Part shown: in pieces, positions 9,567-20,441 of the stretch
Layout: each line of letters starts with the position of its first letter
Position numbering within the stretch: the first letter of the stretch is position 1
From: Acidobacteriota bacterium
GTDB taxonomy: Bacteria > Acidobacteriota > CAIWXX01
Assembly (NCBI GenBank): GCA_040755995.1
Contig: JBFMAF010000037.1
Coordinates: 96,001-160,000 of the forward strand
DNA length: 64,000 nt
Direction of reading: 5' to 3'
Translations under genes and position numbers: made by a program
The notes under the pieces: model-generated
What the model saw: the letters and a program-made list of their open reading frames with translations, nothing else
Told to the model about the DNA's origin: nothing
The model's database searches: none

Positions 9567-10751
9567 ATGTTCCAGACACCAATGGTGATCAGCGGCATTC
9601 TGTTTGCTCTTCTCATGTTGGGTTCCGATCAATCGATTGACTCCAAATATGTCAAGGGCAAAGGCAATCCCGGGAGAATCCCGAAATGGAGCAATAGCTC
9701 AACAATAGGCAATTCAGCTATTGTCGAGGGGAAGGGATTCATAGGCATCGGCGTCACCACCCCTGGAGAAAAGCTGCATTTGGGGGACGGGAATCTGCTT
9801 ATTGAAGGTGGGGGAGAAACGGCGATCAAGGTCAAGCGGGACGAAGTCTTCGATGGAGGCCCCTCGGGAAACAGTACGTTTCCGATATTCCAGCTGGGAA
9901 GGATCATAAAGGCGGGCGACGGTGATCCTGAACTCAGGTTCATGTACTCCGATGACAATACGCCGGAACGAACCGTTTTCGAGATTGATCGAAAGGGTAT
10001 AGTCGCCTCGGTGAAGACCGATAGAGGATGTCATTTTGAGGGGTTTCTATCGACTACGGATCCCGAACCGGTGTTTCGGCTCAACTCATATCCGAAGATG
10101 CGACTCGAGATGGGAGGCGGTGGATCGATCTCAGTCGATGTCGCACTCCAGAGGGAAGACCCAGCCACCCTGGTGTTCATCACGGGCCAGACGGAAAGGG
10201 TGAGGATCGACTCGAGTGGCCAGGTTGGCGTTGGGACGAACAATCCAGCGTTTGTTCTGGATGTCGCTGGTGCAGCGCATGCATCGAGTTTCGTTACATC
10301 ATCGGATGCGAGACTCAAAGACAATGTGATCCGTCTTGACCAGGTACTCGACAAGTTGGAGGGGGTACGCGGGGTCTCATTTGATTGGAATGAGCGATAT
10401 GAATCTCTGGGCCGCTCAACCGGGCACAGGGAGATCGGCGTGATAGCACAGGAGCTCGAAATCGCCTTTCCCGAGCTCGTCTCGCAATGGAGCGATCAGG
10501 ACTACCTGGCGGTTGACTATGGAAGACTGACGGCTGTGCTCATCGAGGCAGTCAAGGAGCTGAGGGCCGAGAAAAACGCTCAAATCAAGCAGCTAAAGGA
10601 TCTCGTCACACTCCAGCAGCAACAGATCGCGGCATTAGAGGAGCAGAGTATCTCTCTCGTAGATCGCCTTGCTGCAATTCAATCGATCGCGCAGGCGGAT
10701 GCCAGGGGCGAGAATCGTCCGGATCTGGTTCATCCCGACAGGGTACGATGA
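9567..10751 (+). CDS. Secreted fibre-like protein with C-terminal intramolecular chaperone (Peptidase S74) domain
   Basis: GAGGAGG RBS; hydrophobic N-terminus; IGIGVTTP and VGVGTNNP repeats; TSSDARLK, GVIAQELE and VDYGRL..LIEAVKEL motifs followed by a coiled coil. GC is visibly lower than the flanks. Confidence 0.85.
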   Translation: MFQTPMVISGILFALLMLGSDQSIDSKYVKGKGNPGRIPKWSNSSTIGNSAIVEGKGFIGIGVTTPGEKLHLGDGNLLIEGGGETAIKVKRDEVFDGGPSGNSTFPIFQLGRIIKAGDGDPELRFMYSDDNTPERTVFEIDRKGIVASVKTDRGCHFEGFLSTTDPEPVFRLNSYPKMRLEMGGGGSISVDVALQREDPATLVFITGQTERVRIDSSGQVGVGTNNPAFVLDVAGAAHASSFVTSSDARLKDNVIRLDQVLDKLEGVRGVSFDWNERYESLGRSTGHREIGVIAQELEIAFPELVSQWSDQDYLAVDYGRLTAVLIEAVKELRAEKNAQIKQLKDLVTLQQQQIAALEEQSISLVDRLAAIQSIAQADARGENRPDLVHPDRVR

Positions 10752-10867
10752 GGCCAGCCTCGTGGTGGGCCATGCCCCAGCGCACATGATCGAGAACCTG
10801 CGCCGCGGTTTGGTGGGCAAGCCGGCGAACAGTAGACTCTTCATGTTGATTCTGGAGGATCTGAACC

Positions 10868-13789
10868 ATCCCAACCCACACGCGCACTTTCCGCGTCTTC
10901 GCTAGCTCGACGTTTGCGGACCTGAAGGCGGAGCGCGATGAGCTGGCTCAACGCGTGTTCCCGCGGATTAGGGAACTGTGCCAGCAGTACGGTGCGCGGT
11001 TTCAGGCCGTGGACCTGCGCTGGGGGGTGAGCAGCGAGGCCGGCCTCGACCAGCGCACGATGCAGATCTGCCTGGAGGAGCTGCGGCGATCGCAGCAGAT
11101 CTCGCCTCGGCCCAACTTCGTCGTGCTCCTCGGCGACCGGTATGGGTGGCGGCCGCTACCGTATGCGATCCCGGGCGATGAATTCGCAGAGGTCGAGCGG
11201 CGCTGTCCGACGCGGTACCTCGCCCTGCTCCGGGAGTGGTACCCGCTCGACGAGAACGCCGTCGTCACGAAAGCCGACGGCCGGGTCTTTGCCGAGAACG
11301 TCCTGCGGGAGCGGACGGGGGAGTACAAGGACGACGCATCGTGGGGCGATGTCGAGCGGGAGCTGACGGCAGCGCTCAGGGAGGCCACGGCGGGCATGGA
11401 GCTGTCACCTGAGTCCCGGCTGAAGTACGGGGCCTCGGCGACGTAGCAAGAAATCGCACACGGGGCGCTCGCGATCCCGGAAGCCCGTGAACACGTCTTC
11501 TGCTACTTCCGGCGTATCGCGAACTTCGATGCGCTTCGGGCCGACGCGGTCACCAGCGAAAGCGCGCGCGTATACGGAGACTTCGACAGCACCGGCGCGC
11601 TCGACGAAGGCGCGCATGCGTGCGGTCTAGACCTCAAGAGGCGGCTCATCGGAGTGCTTGCGAACAACGTCCGCGAGTACGAGGCGCGCTGGGAGGATCA
11701 CCACCTCACTTCCCATCACGCCGGCCGATTGTGCGCGGAGGTCCAAGCCGATCTCGAACGTGTGATTCTGTCTGAGATCGCACGGCTCGCCGCGGCCACG
11801 GGGGTGGAGCAGGAACAGGACGCGCACGAGGCATTCGGCCGCGAGCGGGCGGCGACGTTCGTGGGCCGCGAAGAGGTGCTGCGGACGATCGGTGACTACC
11901 TCGCGGGCTCCAGCAGGCACCCACTTGTCCTGTACGGTCCGTCCGGCTCTGGGAAGACCGCGGTCATGGCCCGCGCGCGGCACGGAATACAGCAGAGGCA
12001 GGCACGCCGGTTCTCATTCAGCGCTTCGTCGGCACGACGCCGCAGTCGTCGGATGGAAGGTCGCTGCTCCACAGCCTGTGCGAGGAGGTTGCGGAAGTGT
12101 TCAACCTCGCGGAAGAGCGAGAGCGGCGCCTCGACGAAACGCGCCAGCTCGATGGCGAGGACCGTCGCAAACACGAGGACGCGGTCAACGCCGAGTTCGC
12201 CATCCCCGTGGAAGCCTATCGCCTGGGGGAGACGCTGATCCGATTCCTCGCGAAAGCCCCGCCGGAGGCACGGCCGCATGTCTTCATCGACGCCCTCGAC
12301 CAGCTACCCGAAGACGATCCGGCGCGGCGCTTGGCCTGGCTGCCCAGCGAACTGCCCCCGAACCTGCGGCTCGTCCTGTCGGTCCTCTCGAACGAGCCGC
12401 CGCAAACGATCGCCCGCCGCCTTCCGACGGCAGCCTGTGTCCGCCTCGGGCCGATGCCGTCAGCAGAAGGTGGTGCACTCCTCGACCGCTGGCTGGCGAG
12501 CGCAAGGCGCACCCTCCAACCGCAACAACGCCACGAGGTCCTGGTGCCGTTTCAAGCGAACGGCCTCCCGCTCTACCTCAGGGTCGCCTTCGAAGAAGCC
12601 CGCCGGTGGCGATCGTTCACACCCAGCGACCAGACCGTGCTCGGCAACGATGTCCAAGGCGTCATCCACGACCTGCTGGCACGCCTGGAGGCAGACCACG
12701 GCCGAATACTCCTCGATCGCACACTCTCCCTTCTGGCCGCCTCGCGCGACGGCCTCTCGGAGGACGAGATCCTGGACCTGCTGTCGCGCGACGCCGACAT
12801 TATCGCCGAATTCAAGGTTCGCTCGCCCAAGTCTCCGGATCTCGGTGCACAACCGAGGCTGCCCACCATCGTGTGGTCGCGGCTTCACCACGACCTTGAG
12901 CCATACCTCTCGGAGCGCGCTGCTGAAGGCGCCACCGTCCTGTCCTTCTACCACCGCCAGCTCTCTGCCGCGGCTAGCAAACGTTACCTGACGCCGGACG
13001 AGAGACGCCTCACGCGCCACGGCGATCTCGCGTCCTACTTCGCCCGCCAGCCGCTGGCCTCGCGGCGCGCCGGGGACGTCGCCTACAACCGTCGCAAGTG
13101 CTGGGAGCAGCCGCGTCAGGAGTTGAAAGCCGAGTGCTGGGAGGCGCTCGAAGCCACTCTCACCGACATCGAGTTCGTGGAGGCGAAGTCGCGTGCCGGG
13201 ATGGTATACGACCTGCTGCGCGACTACGCCGAGGCCGAGCGGGCCTGGCCGGGGCGGGAGAACGCAACGCGCGAGGAACAGGATTGGTGCCTGCGAATGA
13301 GCGCGTACGGCCAGGCTCTGATGGAGTATAGCCGAGCAAACACAGCGCAATCCCTGGCGCGCACGCCGCGGGCCGCGCCATCGCCCCTTCCGGTGCCACC
13401 GCTATCTGTCGCCCGCGCTACCGAGCCGCAGCGTGGCGACGTGGGCCGTGCCTGGACGCCCTTCGGACGCGTCGATGCCTGGAGCCACTTTGCTGCAAAC
13501 CACACAGGACGACTCGCCTCCGGATTCGAGCCGGTCTTCCAGATCGCGTACAACAGTGCGGTTCCCGGTCCCCGGCACGATCCCCGACGCCATCGCGGCC
13601 ATCCGCCGTAACGCAGGCCTCAGCCCGCAGGACAACCCATTCCCCGTCGGCGCCCCCGCCCGCCTCCCCGCCGAGGCATGGGACGACGCGCACCTGCTCA
13701 GCATATGCCCCCACTGCCACGAGCCGCTCAAGTTCAACCCGTTCGTGGTCGACAACAGGACGAGGCAGTGGTGGCAGTTCTGGCGATGA
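10868..13789 (+). pseudogene. Decayed DUF4062-NACHT/STAND P-loop NTPase gene (NWD/TEP1-like)
   Basis: Motifs RTFRVFASSTFADLKAERDEL, AVDLRWGV, LLGDRYGW, Walker A GPSGSGKT, Walker B VFIDALDQ and GLPLYL. ATC at the expected start after GGAGG; in-frame TAG at 11444-11446; frameshifts near 12000 and 13560. Confidence 0.85.
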
Positions 13790-13792
13790 ACC

Positions 13793-14128
13793 GCAGCCAT
13801 CACCCGAAAAGACCAGCTCAGCCCCAAGAAGACTCGCCGCGGCTCAAGACTTCCCGCCGAAGCCTGGGACGACCGGCACCTCCTCAGTGAATGCCCTCTC
13901 CGCCACGAGCCGATCAGGTTCGTCTGGGCGGAAGGCTGGGAAGAGTGGATACCGGCGTCGAGTGCGGGGCTCGTAGAGTCGGCTCAGCCCGCACAGCCCG
14001 CCGAGGCGCGCGCCTGCTCCAAGTGCGGGCGTGCTCTTCGTTCTCCCGATGCCGTTTGCCCCGGGTGTTCGCGAGCGTGTCCAATACGGCGGCTCTGGGC
14101 AGCGGATGGGCGGCGAAGTGAGTCGTAG
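13793..14128 (+). pseudogene. Start-less chimeric cassette: paralogous STAND C-terminus fused in frame to a paralogous GYF/zinc-ribbon segment
   Basis: Open frame reads AAITRKDQLSP...LPAEAWDDRHLLSECPLRHEPIRF|VWAEGWEEWIPASSAGL...ARACSKCGRALRSPDAVCPGC. 13850-13921 matches 13664-13735 (about 58/72 nt); 13922-14068 matches 8806-8952. Confidence 0.8.
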
Positions 14129-14293
14129 GCTCCCCCGACAGCCCTGCCCAATTCGCCACCGCGCGCGATGTGGCGCGCCACCCTGCATGGTTCATCGGTC
14201 TGTGGCTTCGCCTCGGTAACTGCTCCAGGGAATGATCATGCCACGGTTGCATTCACAATGGTATACTATCGCATCGACGAGGGGGGCTCCGCG

Positions 14294-16696
14294 ATGGCCG
14301 ACCAGAGGATTCTCGTGCCCGGTGCCGACGTACAGAGCTTGATCGACGCGCTCCCAAGCTACGCGATGCTGCTCGACGAGAACCACCGGATCCTTGCTGC
14401 CAACTCGGCGGTCGCCACTGCTTTCAGCGTCAAGCCGGAGGACCTCGTCGGGAAATACTGCCCAAGCGCGATCCACGGCCTCGATCACCCCTTCCCAGGG
14501 TGCCCGATGGAGGAGGCGGTGGAGACAAACGGGCCGGTCTCCCGCGAACTATTCGACGAGGCCTCCGGGCGGTGGGTACTCTCGCAGATCTTTCCAACAG
14601 CCCTCAAGAGCGAGGGAGGCGGCACGATCTACCTTCACTTGGTTCAAGACATCACAGAAAGGAAGAGGACGGAGGCCGAGCTGGAGAAGAAATCAGACAT
14701 CCAGTCAGTGGTGAACACTATGCTCCGGAGCTCACTCGAGGACGTCTCGCTGGACTCGATGCTCCACCTCACCCTGGACCTCTTGACCTCCCTGCCGTGG
14801 CTCACGTTCGAATCGCGCGGCGCGATCTTCATCGCTGACGAACAGGAGCGCGCCCTTCTCATGCGAGTGCACAAGGGACTTTCGGAGGAGATCGTCAAGG
14901 CGTGCAGAAGAATTCCGTATGGAAGATGCATGTGCGGCCGGGCGGCCGAGAGTGGCGAGATCGAATTCGTTGACAAACTCGACGAGATGCACGAAATCAC
15001 GTACGAGGGCATTACGCCCCACGGCCACTATTGCGTCCCGATAAGAGCTGGAGACCGGGTGCTGGGCGTGATAAACCTCTACCTCAGAGAAGGTCACCGG
15101 CGTGAACCGTGGGAGGCGGAGTTCCTGGCTGCCGTCGCCAACGCACTTGCGGGCATCATCCAACACACCAGGTCAGAGGAGACTCGGGCCAGGCTCACGG
15201 CGATCATCGAGGCCACGTCCGACCTTGTCGGCATCGCAGGTACTGACCAGCGGGTGCTCTTTGTCAACGGTCCGGGACGGAGGATGATGGGGATTCCCGA
15301 GGACGAGGACATCACGGGGATCGAGATCCGCGAGTTCCATCCGGGGTGGGCGTACCAGACGGTCGCCTCGAAAGGCATCCCCGCGGCCGTCAGGGACGGC
15401 GTCTGGAGCGGCGAGACCGCGCTCCAAACGCGAGACGGCAGGGAGATCCCGGTGTCGCAGGTGATCACAGCGCACAAGAAGCCCGACGGCTCGATCGACT
15501 ACATGTCGACAATCCTGCGCGACGTGACGGAGAACAGGAGGCTCCAGGCGCAGTTTGTCCACGCGCAGAAGATGGATGCGGTGGGGCGCCTTGCGGGCGG
15601 CGTGGCGCACGACTTCAACAACCTCCTCTCGGTCATAATCAGCTACAGCAGCTCCATCCTGGAGGAGCTTCCCGTGGGCAGCGAGCTGCGGGCCGATGCG
15701 GAGGAGATCAGGAAGGCCGGCCTGCGCGCCGCAGCTCTCACCCGCCAGCTCCTCGCGTTCAGCCGCAAGCAGACGGTGGAACCCCGGGACGTGAATGTAC
15801 AGGATGCGATCGGGGAGCTCTCGAAGATGCTCGTGAGGCTCGTGGGCGAGCACATCGATCTGAAGATATCAGCCGGTGGGGCCCCTCGCGTCATCCGAAT
15901 CGACCCGGTGCAGCTGGAGCAGGTGCTCGTGAACCTCGCAATCAACGCAAGGGATGCCATGCCGCACGGGGGCGCTCTGACCATCGCCGTTCGAACCGTC
16001 CTGGTCGACCGGGAGCAGGCCTCCCTTCCAGCAGGCATCGAGTGCGGCGAGTACGTACAGATCGGAGTAGAGGACACCGGGGTCGGTATGTCCCAAGAGA
16101 TCATGCAGAAGATATTCGAGCCGTTCTTCACCACCAAGCTCGACGGCAAGGGGACCGGCCTCGGGCTCTCGATGGTTTACGGCGCCGTGAAGCAGAACGG
16201 GGGACACATAAGCGTGTCCAGCGAGCCGGGCCGCGGCACCACCTTCACAGTCTGGTTCAAGCGGGTCGAGCCGAAGGCTGCCGCTGCGAGCGACGCAGCA
16301 GCCGAGATACCGCGCGGGAAAGGTGAGACCATCTTGCTGGTGGAGGATGACGAGAGCGCCAGGCGGGCGACAGCGAGAATGCTCACCGCCGGCGGGTACC
16401 GTATTATCGAAGCCAGGAATGGCGTCGAGGCGTTGACCTCGTTCAAGGCCAACCAAGGGAGCGTGAGTATGGTCATCTCCGACGTCGTGATGCCGAGTAT
16501 GGGCGGCGGCGAGCTGGAAGCGAGGCTAAGGGAGATGGACCCCGCCACGAAGATACTGTTTGTGAGCGGCTACCTGGACGACATGGTGAGGGCACAAGGA
16601 GTGATCGGCGCGGGCGCGGCGGTGCTCGGCAAGCCGTTCGAGCGGGGACTCTTGCTGAGGAGCGTCCGCATGCTGCTGGATCGCAATGTGGGCTAG
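14294..16696 (+). CDS. Cytoplasmic hybrid sensor histidine kinase (PAS-GAF-PAS-HisKA-HATPase-REC)
   Basis: Motifs [51 protein letters not shown], and REC motifs LLVEDD and SDVVMP. GAGGGG RBS and TGgTATACT upstream. Confidence 0.92.
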   Translation: MADQRILVPGADVQSLIDALPSYAMLLDENHRILAANSAVATAFSVKPEDLVGKYCPSAIHGLDHPFPGCPMEEAVETNGPVSRELFDEASGRWVLSQIFPTALKSEGGGTIYLHLVQDITERKRTEAELEKKSDIQSVVNTMLRSSLEDVSLDSMLHLTLDLLTSLPWLTFESRGAIFIADEQERALLMRVHKGLSEEIVKACRRIPYGRCMCGRAAESGEIEFVDKLDEMHEITYEGITPHGHYCVPIRAGDRVLGVINLYLREGHRREPWEAEFLAAVANALAGIIQHTRSEETRARLTAIIEATSDLVGIAGTDQRVLFVNGPGRRMMGIPEDEDITGIEIREFHPGWAYQTVASKGIPAAVRDGVWSGETALQTRDGREIPVSQVITAHKKPDGSIDYMSTILRDVTENRRLQAQFVHAQKMDAVGRLAGGVAHDFNNLLSVIISYSSSILEELPVGSELRADAEEIRKAGLRAAALTRQLLAFSRKQTVEPRDVNVQDAIGELSKMLVRLVGEHIDLKISAGGAPRVIRIDPVQLEQVLVNLAINARDAMPHGGALTIAVRTVLVDREQASLPAGIECGEYVQIGVEDTGVGMSQEIMQKIFEPFFTTKLDGKGTGLGLSMVYGAVKQNGGHISVSSEPGRGTTFTVWFKRVEPKAAAASDAAAEIPRGKGETILLVEDDESARRATARMLTAGGYRIIEARNGVEALTSFKANQGSVSMVISDVVMPSMGGGELEARLREMDPATKILFVSGYLDDMVRAQGVIGAGAAVLGKPFERGLLLRSVRMLLDRNVG

Positions 16697-17061
16697 GGGG
16701 GTGAACGCTCGCCTCGGCAGTCGGCTTGAGGCGCATGTCTCCTGTGAAGAGTTATGAAACCGGAGTGCTGGTGGTCTGGCAGGGATATCACAACAACAAG
16801 TTCACCACCAAGGGAGTCTTGCGACAGATCAACGGCGGCCTGTGAGCAGGAGAACCGTCTCGCCGGTGCTTGATTTCGTTGTTCCAACATTCTCCCAGTG
16901 AGGGCGCATCGACCCCGTAGAGGTTTCTCCAGATCCCAGCCCAACTCCCGCGTTGGATTCCCCCATGATGGAGCGTGGCTTACACCTCGACGGCGCCCGC
17001 TTGTATAATCGGTGCCGTGTTGCCGTCGACCGCCGCCGTCGCCCAGGGAGTCAGGCGCGTA

Positions 17062-18099
17062 TTGCGACTGACTGCGGGGCCCGCACGCCAGAAGACCCGT
17101 TGGCTGGCACCGACCATGTTCTTGACACTCGTAGTCGCGTGCGGGCGATCGACAGTGGAACGCCAGGTCGTCGTCGTCTACACCTCGGTGGATCAGGTGC
17201 AGTCCGAGCCGATTCTGAGGGAGTTCGAGCGCCGCAGCGGCGTTCGCGTACTGCCCGTCTACGACGTCGAGGCCGTGAAAACCACCGGCCTCGTGACTCG
17301 CATCATCGAAGAGAGCGGCAGGCCGACAGCCGACGTGTTCTGGAACGGCGAGTTCGCGCAGACGCTGGTGCTCCAGGATCGCGGGCTCTTGCAGCAGTGC
17401 CCCTGGCTGTCACGATCCACACTGCCACCCGACAGAATCGATCCGCACGGCTGCTGGGCGGCCATCGGCGGCCGCGCGCGCGTGTTCCTGGTCAACACGA
17501 ACCGGCTTCGTCCCGACGAATACCCGCGCGCCATCTCGGACCTGCTCGATCCCCGCTGGCCCGCCGACCAGGTAGGCATGGCCAACCCGCTTTTCGGCAC
17601 CACCGCAACGCACGCTGCCGCGCTTTACGCGACGATGGGTCAGGAGAACGCACGGGGGTTCTTCGCGAAGATCAAGCAGAGAGGTGTGCGAATCCTCGAC
17701 GGCAACTCCGTCGTGCGCGATCTTGTGGCGCGCGGGCAGCTGCTCTTCGGGCTCACCGATTCCGACGACGCGTGGTCGGCACTGCGGAGGGGCGCGCCGG
17801 TCGCAGCGGTCGCGCCGGATGGTTCCACTACAGGAACCCTGCTCATTCCGTCCACCGTCGCAATAGTCGCGGGTGCGCAGCACCTCGAGGAGGCGCGCCT
17901 GCTGTTGGAGTACCTCACGTCGCTCGATTCTGAGAGAGCGCTCGGAGAACTGGGATTCTGCCAGATCCCCCCGCGCCAACCAGCCGATGTCGCGGTGTTC
18001 CCCGCAGGCGCTCCGCGCCTCCTGGATGTGGGCTGGGGTGAAATCCGCCGGCAGATGCCACGGGCCGCCGTCGAGCTCCGCCAGATCTTCGTGAGATAG
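17062..18099 (+). CDS. ABC transporter substrate-binding lipoprotein, Fe3+/AfuA-FbpA type
   Basis: Lipobox VVAC; motifs VVYTSVDQ, ADVFW, MANPLFGTT and GLTDSDD. Start uncertain (TTG 17062 or ATG 17116). Confidence 0.85.
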   Translation: MRLTAGPARQKTRWLAPTMFLTLVVACGRSTVERQVVVVYTSVDQVQSEPILREFERRSGVRVLPVYDVEAVKTTGLVTRIIEESGRPTADVFWNGEFAQTLVLQDRGLLQQCPWLSRSTLPPDRIDPHGCWAAIGGRARVFLVNTNRLRPDEYPRAISDLLDPRWPADQVGMANPLFGTTATHAAALYATMGQENARGFFAKIKQRGVRILDGNSVVRDLVARGQLLFGLTDSDDAWSALRRGAPVAAVAPDGSTTGTLLIPSTVAIVAGAQHLEEARLLLEYLTSLDSERALGELGFCQIPPRQPADVAVFPAGAPRLLDVGWGEIRRQMPRAAVELRQIFVR

Positions 18100-18107
18100 G
18101 ACCCGCT

Positions 18108-19685
18108 GTGAGCCAGGCATCCACTCGCGTCTCGGATCACATCACCGATGCGTGCTCAGGGGTGTGCCGGCGTGCCGCCGAGGTTGCTGCTCTGGCCGTG
18201 CTGCTCGGCCCGGTGTGCGCCCTGGCCATCGGGCTCCTCGACTCGCCCGGAGCGGGTCCAGCGGTTTTCTCCTTCGGAGCCCGACGGCTCGGGCTTCTCG
18301 GCAAGTCTGCTCTGGTGGCAGCCGGGGTGTCTCTCGGCAGCGTCGCCATCGCAGTGATCGCGGCCACCAGGCTCGCGCGCGTGCGCGGGACAGCTGCCGC
18401 CGTTCTGAAGTCATTGCTCCTGGTTCTCGCGGCTGTCCCTCCGGACATTCACGCATTCGCCTGGTCCACAGCGATGCTCGCGGTCACGGACCGCCTGGCT
18501 GCCATCGGGGTCTCGGCGATGCTGCTTCAGGGGTGGCCGGCGGTTTTCGCGGTCGAGTGCATGGCGATGTTGCCGCTCACCGTGGTGGTGGCGTGGGTAG
18601 GCATGGATGTGGTCGAACCGGCGCTCGTGGAGGCTGCGCGCCCATACGCTCCGGACCAGACGGTGTTCGCCCGCGTCGCACTTCCTCTGGCTGCTCCCAT
18701 TCTGGGGTTGGCAGCCGCCGTGGTCTTCCTGCTGAGTCTGATGGACTACTGCGTGCCATCCCTCTTCTCGGTCAACGGGTACGCGATCGAAGTGTTTGCA
18801 CAGTACAGTGCCGACGGAAGTCCAGCGGCAGCTGCTTGTGTGGCACTGCCTCTTGTCGCACTCGCCGCAGGGATGATGGTCGCCTGCGTGGCCCTTTGGC
18901 GAGGGGTCGCGTCTTCTTCGCCGCAGGGCGGTCATCGAGTACTTGCGCACATGGTTTGGCCGCGGTGGTGGCGCGCGCTGCAGGTTGCATGCTTGACGAT
19001 CGTCTCGCTCCAGGCGTCTGCACCGATTCTCGTCTTGACACTGCACGCCGGGGGTTTTTCTACAATGGCGAACACGTTGATCGCCGCGTTGCCCGAGATC
19101 CGGTACACGGCCGTGAATGCCGTCGTCGCCGCTGCGATGTCGATTCCGCTTGGCGCAGCTGCAGGAGCACGCCTGGCCGCCGGCGGCCGCTGGAGCAGGT
19201 TCTGGTGGATTGCGGTCTGCATCCCCCTGGCACTGCCCGCCTCTCTCTCGGGCATCGGGGTCATTTCGCTCTCGCGACAGCTGCCTGCATGGGCTGCGAT
19301 ACTGGCGCCGCCCGTCGTCCTTGTGTCGCGCTTCATGCCGCTCGCCGCGCTCCTTGTGTACGGACGACTCCGCCGATTGGACTCGGGATTGATGGACGCC
19401 GCACGAGTGCATCAGGAGAATGGCATACAGACATTCTGGCTGGTCTGGCGGCCGATCCTGTCGCCCGCGCTCCGCGTGTCGGCGGGCATCGTCATCGCCT
19501 TCTCCCTGTGCGAGCTCGGCGCCTCGATTCTCGTGGCCCCGCCGGGCAGGCCGCCGCTCGCAGTGAGGCTCTACAACCTTCTCCACTACGGCGCGTCCGA
19601 CCAGGTGGCGGCACTCTGCCTGGCGCTCATGGGGGCGGCGTTCATCGTCGGCACCTCTGTCACCGTCGCACTTCGACGGCGCTAG
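18108..19685 (+). CDS. Fe3+-type ABC transporter permease (duplicated TM domain)
   Basis: About 12 hydrophobic segments with two EAA-like loops (LVEAAR, LMDAAR); sits between the SBP and ATPase genes. Confidence 0.85.
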   Translation: MSQASTRVSDHITDACSGVCRRAAEVAALAVLLGPVCALAIGLLDSPGAGPAVFSFGARRLGLLGKSALVAAGVSLGSVAIAVIAATRLARVRGTAAAVLKSLLLVLAAVPPDIHAFAWSTAMLAVTDRLAAIGVSAMLLQGWPAVFAVECMAMLPLTVVVAWVGMDVVEPALVEAARPYAPDQTVFARVALPLAAPILGLAAAVVFLLSLMDYCVPSLFSVNGYAIEVFAQYSADGSPAAAACVALPLVALAAGMMVACVALWRGVASSSPQGGHRVLAHMVWPRWWRALQVACLTIVSLQASAPILVLTLHAGGFSTMANTLIAALPEIRYTAVNAVVAAAMSIPLGAAAGARLAAGGRWSRFWWIAVCIPLALPASLSGIGVISLSRQLPAWAAILAPPVVLVSRFMPLAALLVYGRLRRLDSGLMDAARVHQENGIQTFWLVWRPILSPALRVSAGIVIAFSLCELGASILVAPPGRPPLAVRLYNLLHYGASDQVAALCLALMGAAFIVGTSVTVALRRR

Positions 19686-19691
19686 CACCTC

Positions 19692-20342
19692 ATGCTCGAG
19701 ATCAAAGGAATAGCGAAGGCATTCGGGACGCTTCGGGTTCTGGCTGGGGTCTCGATGCGAGTAGAGCAGGGCGAGCGGGTGGCGCTGCGAGGGGCCACCG
19801 GCAGCGGCAAGACGACGTTTCTCCGTCTGATCGCGGGGCTGGAGGAGCCTGATGCCGGCGAGATCTGGGCGGGCGGCGCGCGCCTGAGCGCCCCCGGGAA
19901 GCTCGTGCCTCCACATCGAAGAGGCGTGGCGATGGTGTTTCAATCGCCCTGCCTGTGGCCCCACATGACCGTTGCCGAGAACGTAGGCTTCGCGATTACG
20001 GATACGAATCGCGCCTCACGCCGCGACGTGCTCAGACGCGTACTGGAGACATGGGGCGTCGGCGAATTGGCCGGTCGCTACCCCGACCAGCTATCGACCG
20101 GTCAGGCCCGCAAGGTGGCCGTGGCCCGCGCGATGGCCAAACGGCCGCGGATTCTGCTGATGGACGAAGCGCTCGTCAATCTGGACGTGCAAACTCAGGA
20201 AGAGCTGCTCCCGCTGATCGACACCGCCGCCAGCGAGATCGGTTGCAGCATGATGTACGTGACTCACGCTCCGGCCGAGGCAGACCGGCTGGGCTGCAGG
20301 TCGCTTTGGCTCCGCAACGGAAGACTGGACGCGTGCCCGTAG
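19692..20342 (+). CDS. ABC transporter ATP-binding protein (FbpC/PotA-like, short)
   Basis: GATGSGKT, LSTGQ signature variant, LLMDE, YVTH. Confidence 0.9.
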   Translation: MLEIKGIAKAFGTLRVLAGVSMRVEQGERVALRGATGSGKTTFLRLIAGLEEPDAGEIWAGGARLSAPGKLVPPHRRGVAMVFQSPCLWPHMTVAENVGFAITDTNRASRRDVLRRVLETWGVGELAGRYPDQLSTGQARKVAVARAMAKRPRILLMDEALVNLDVQTQEELLPLIDTAASEIGCSMMYVTHAPAEADRLGCRSLWLRNGRLDACP

Positions 20343-20441
20343 TCTATCGAACACAACCGAATACGGACGCCGGTACCGCCATGATTCCCCTTCTCACTCG
20401 CCGGAGAACCAAGATGGCCTGTCCCCTCGTATAATCATCGT

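Noticed and set aside
9567..10751. Prophage or contractile injection system
   Set aside because: No capsid, terminase, sheath, tube, baseplate or integrase genes nearby.
11444..11446. Pyrrolysine or TAG readthrough in the STAND gene
   Set aside because: Most simply a nonsense mutation; the same gene also has frameshifts, and TAG ends many ordinary genes here.
13787..13789. Selenocysteine readthrough into the downstream cassette
   Set aside because: The TGA follows a typical terminal WWQFWR motif, not a redox Cys position, and I recognised no SECIS-like hairpin.
8806..14068. Diversity-generating retroelement TR/VR pair
   Set aside because: Mismatches between the repeat copies are not confined to adenines, many fall at third codon positions, and there is no reverse transcriptase in the window.
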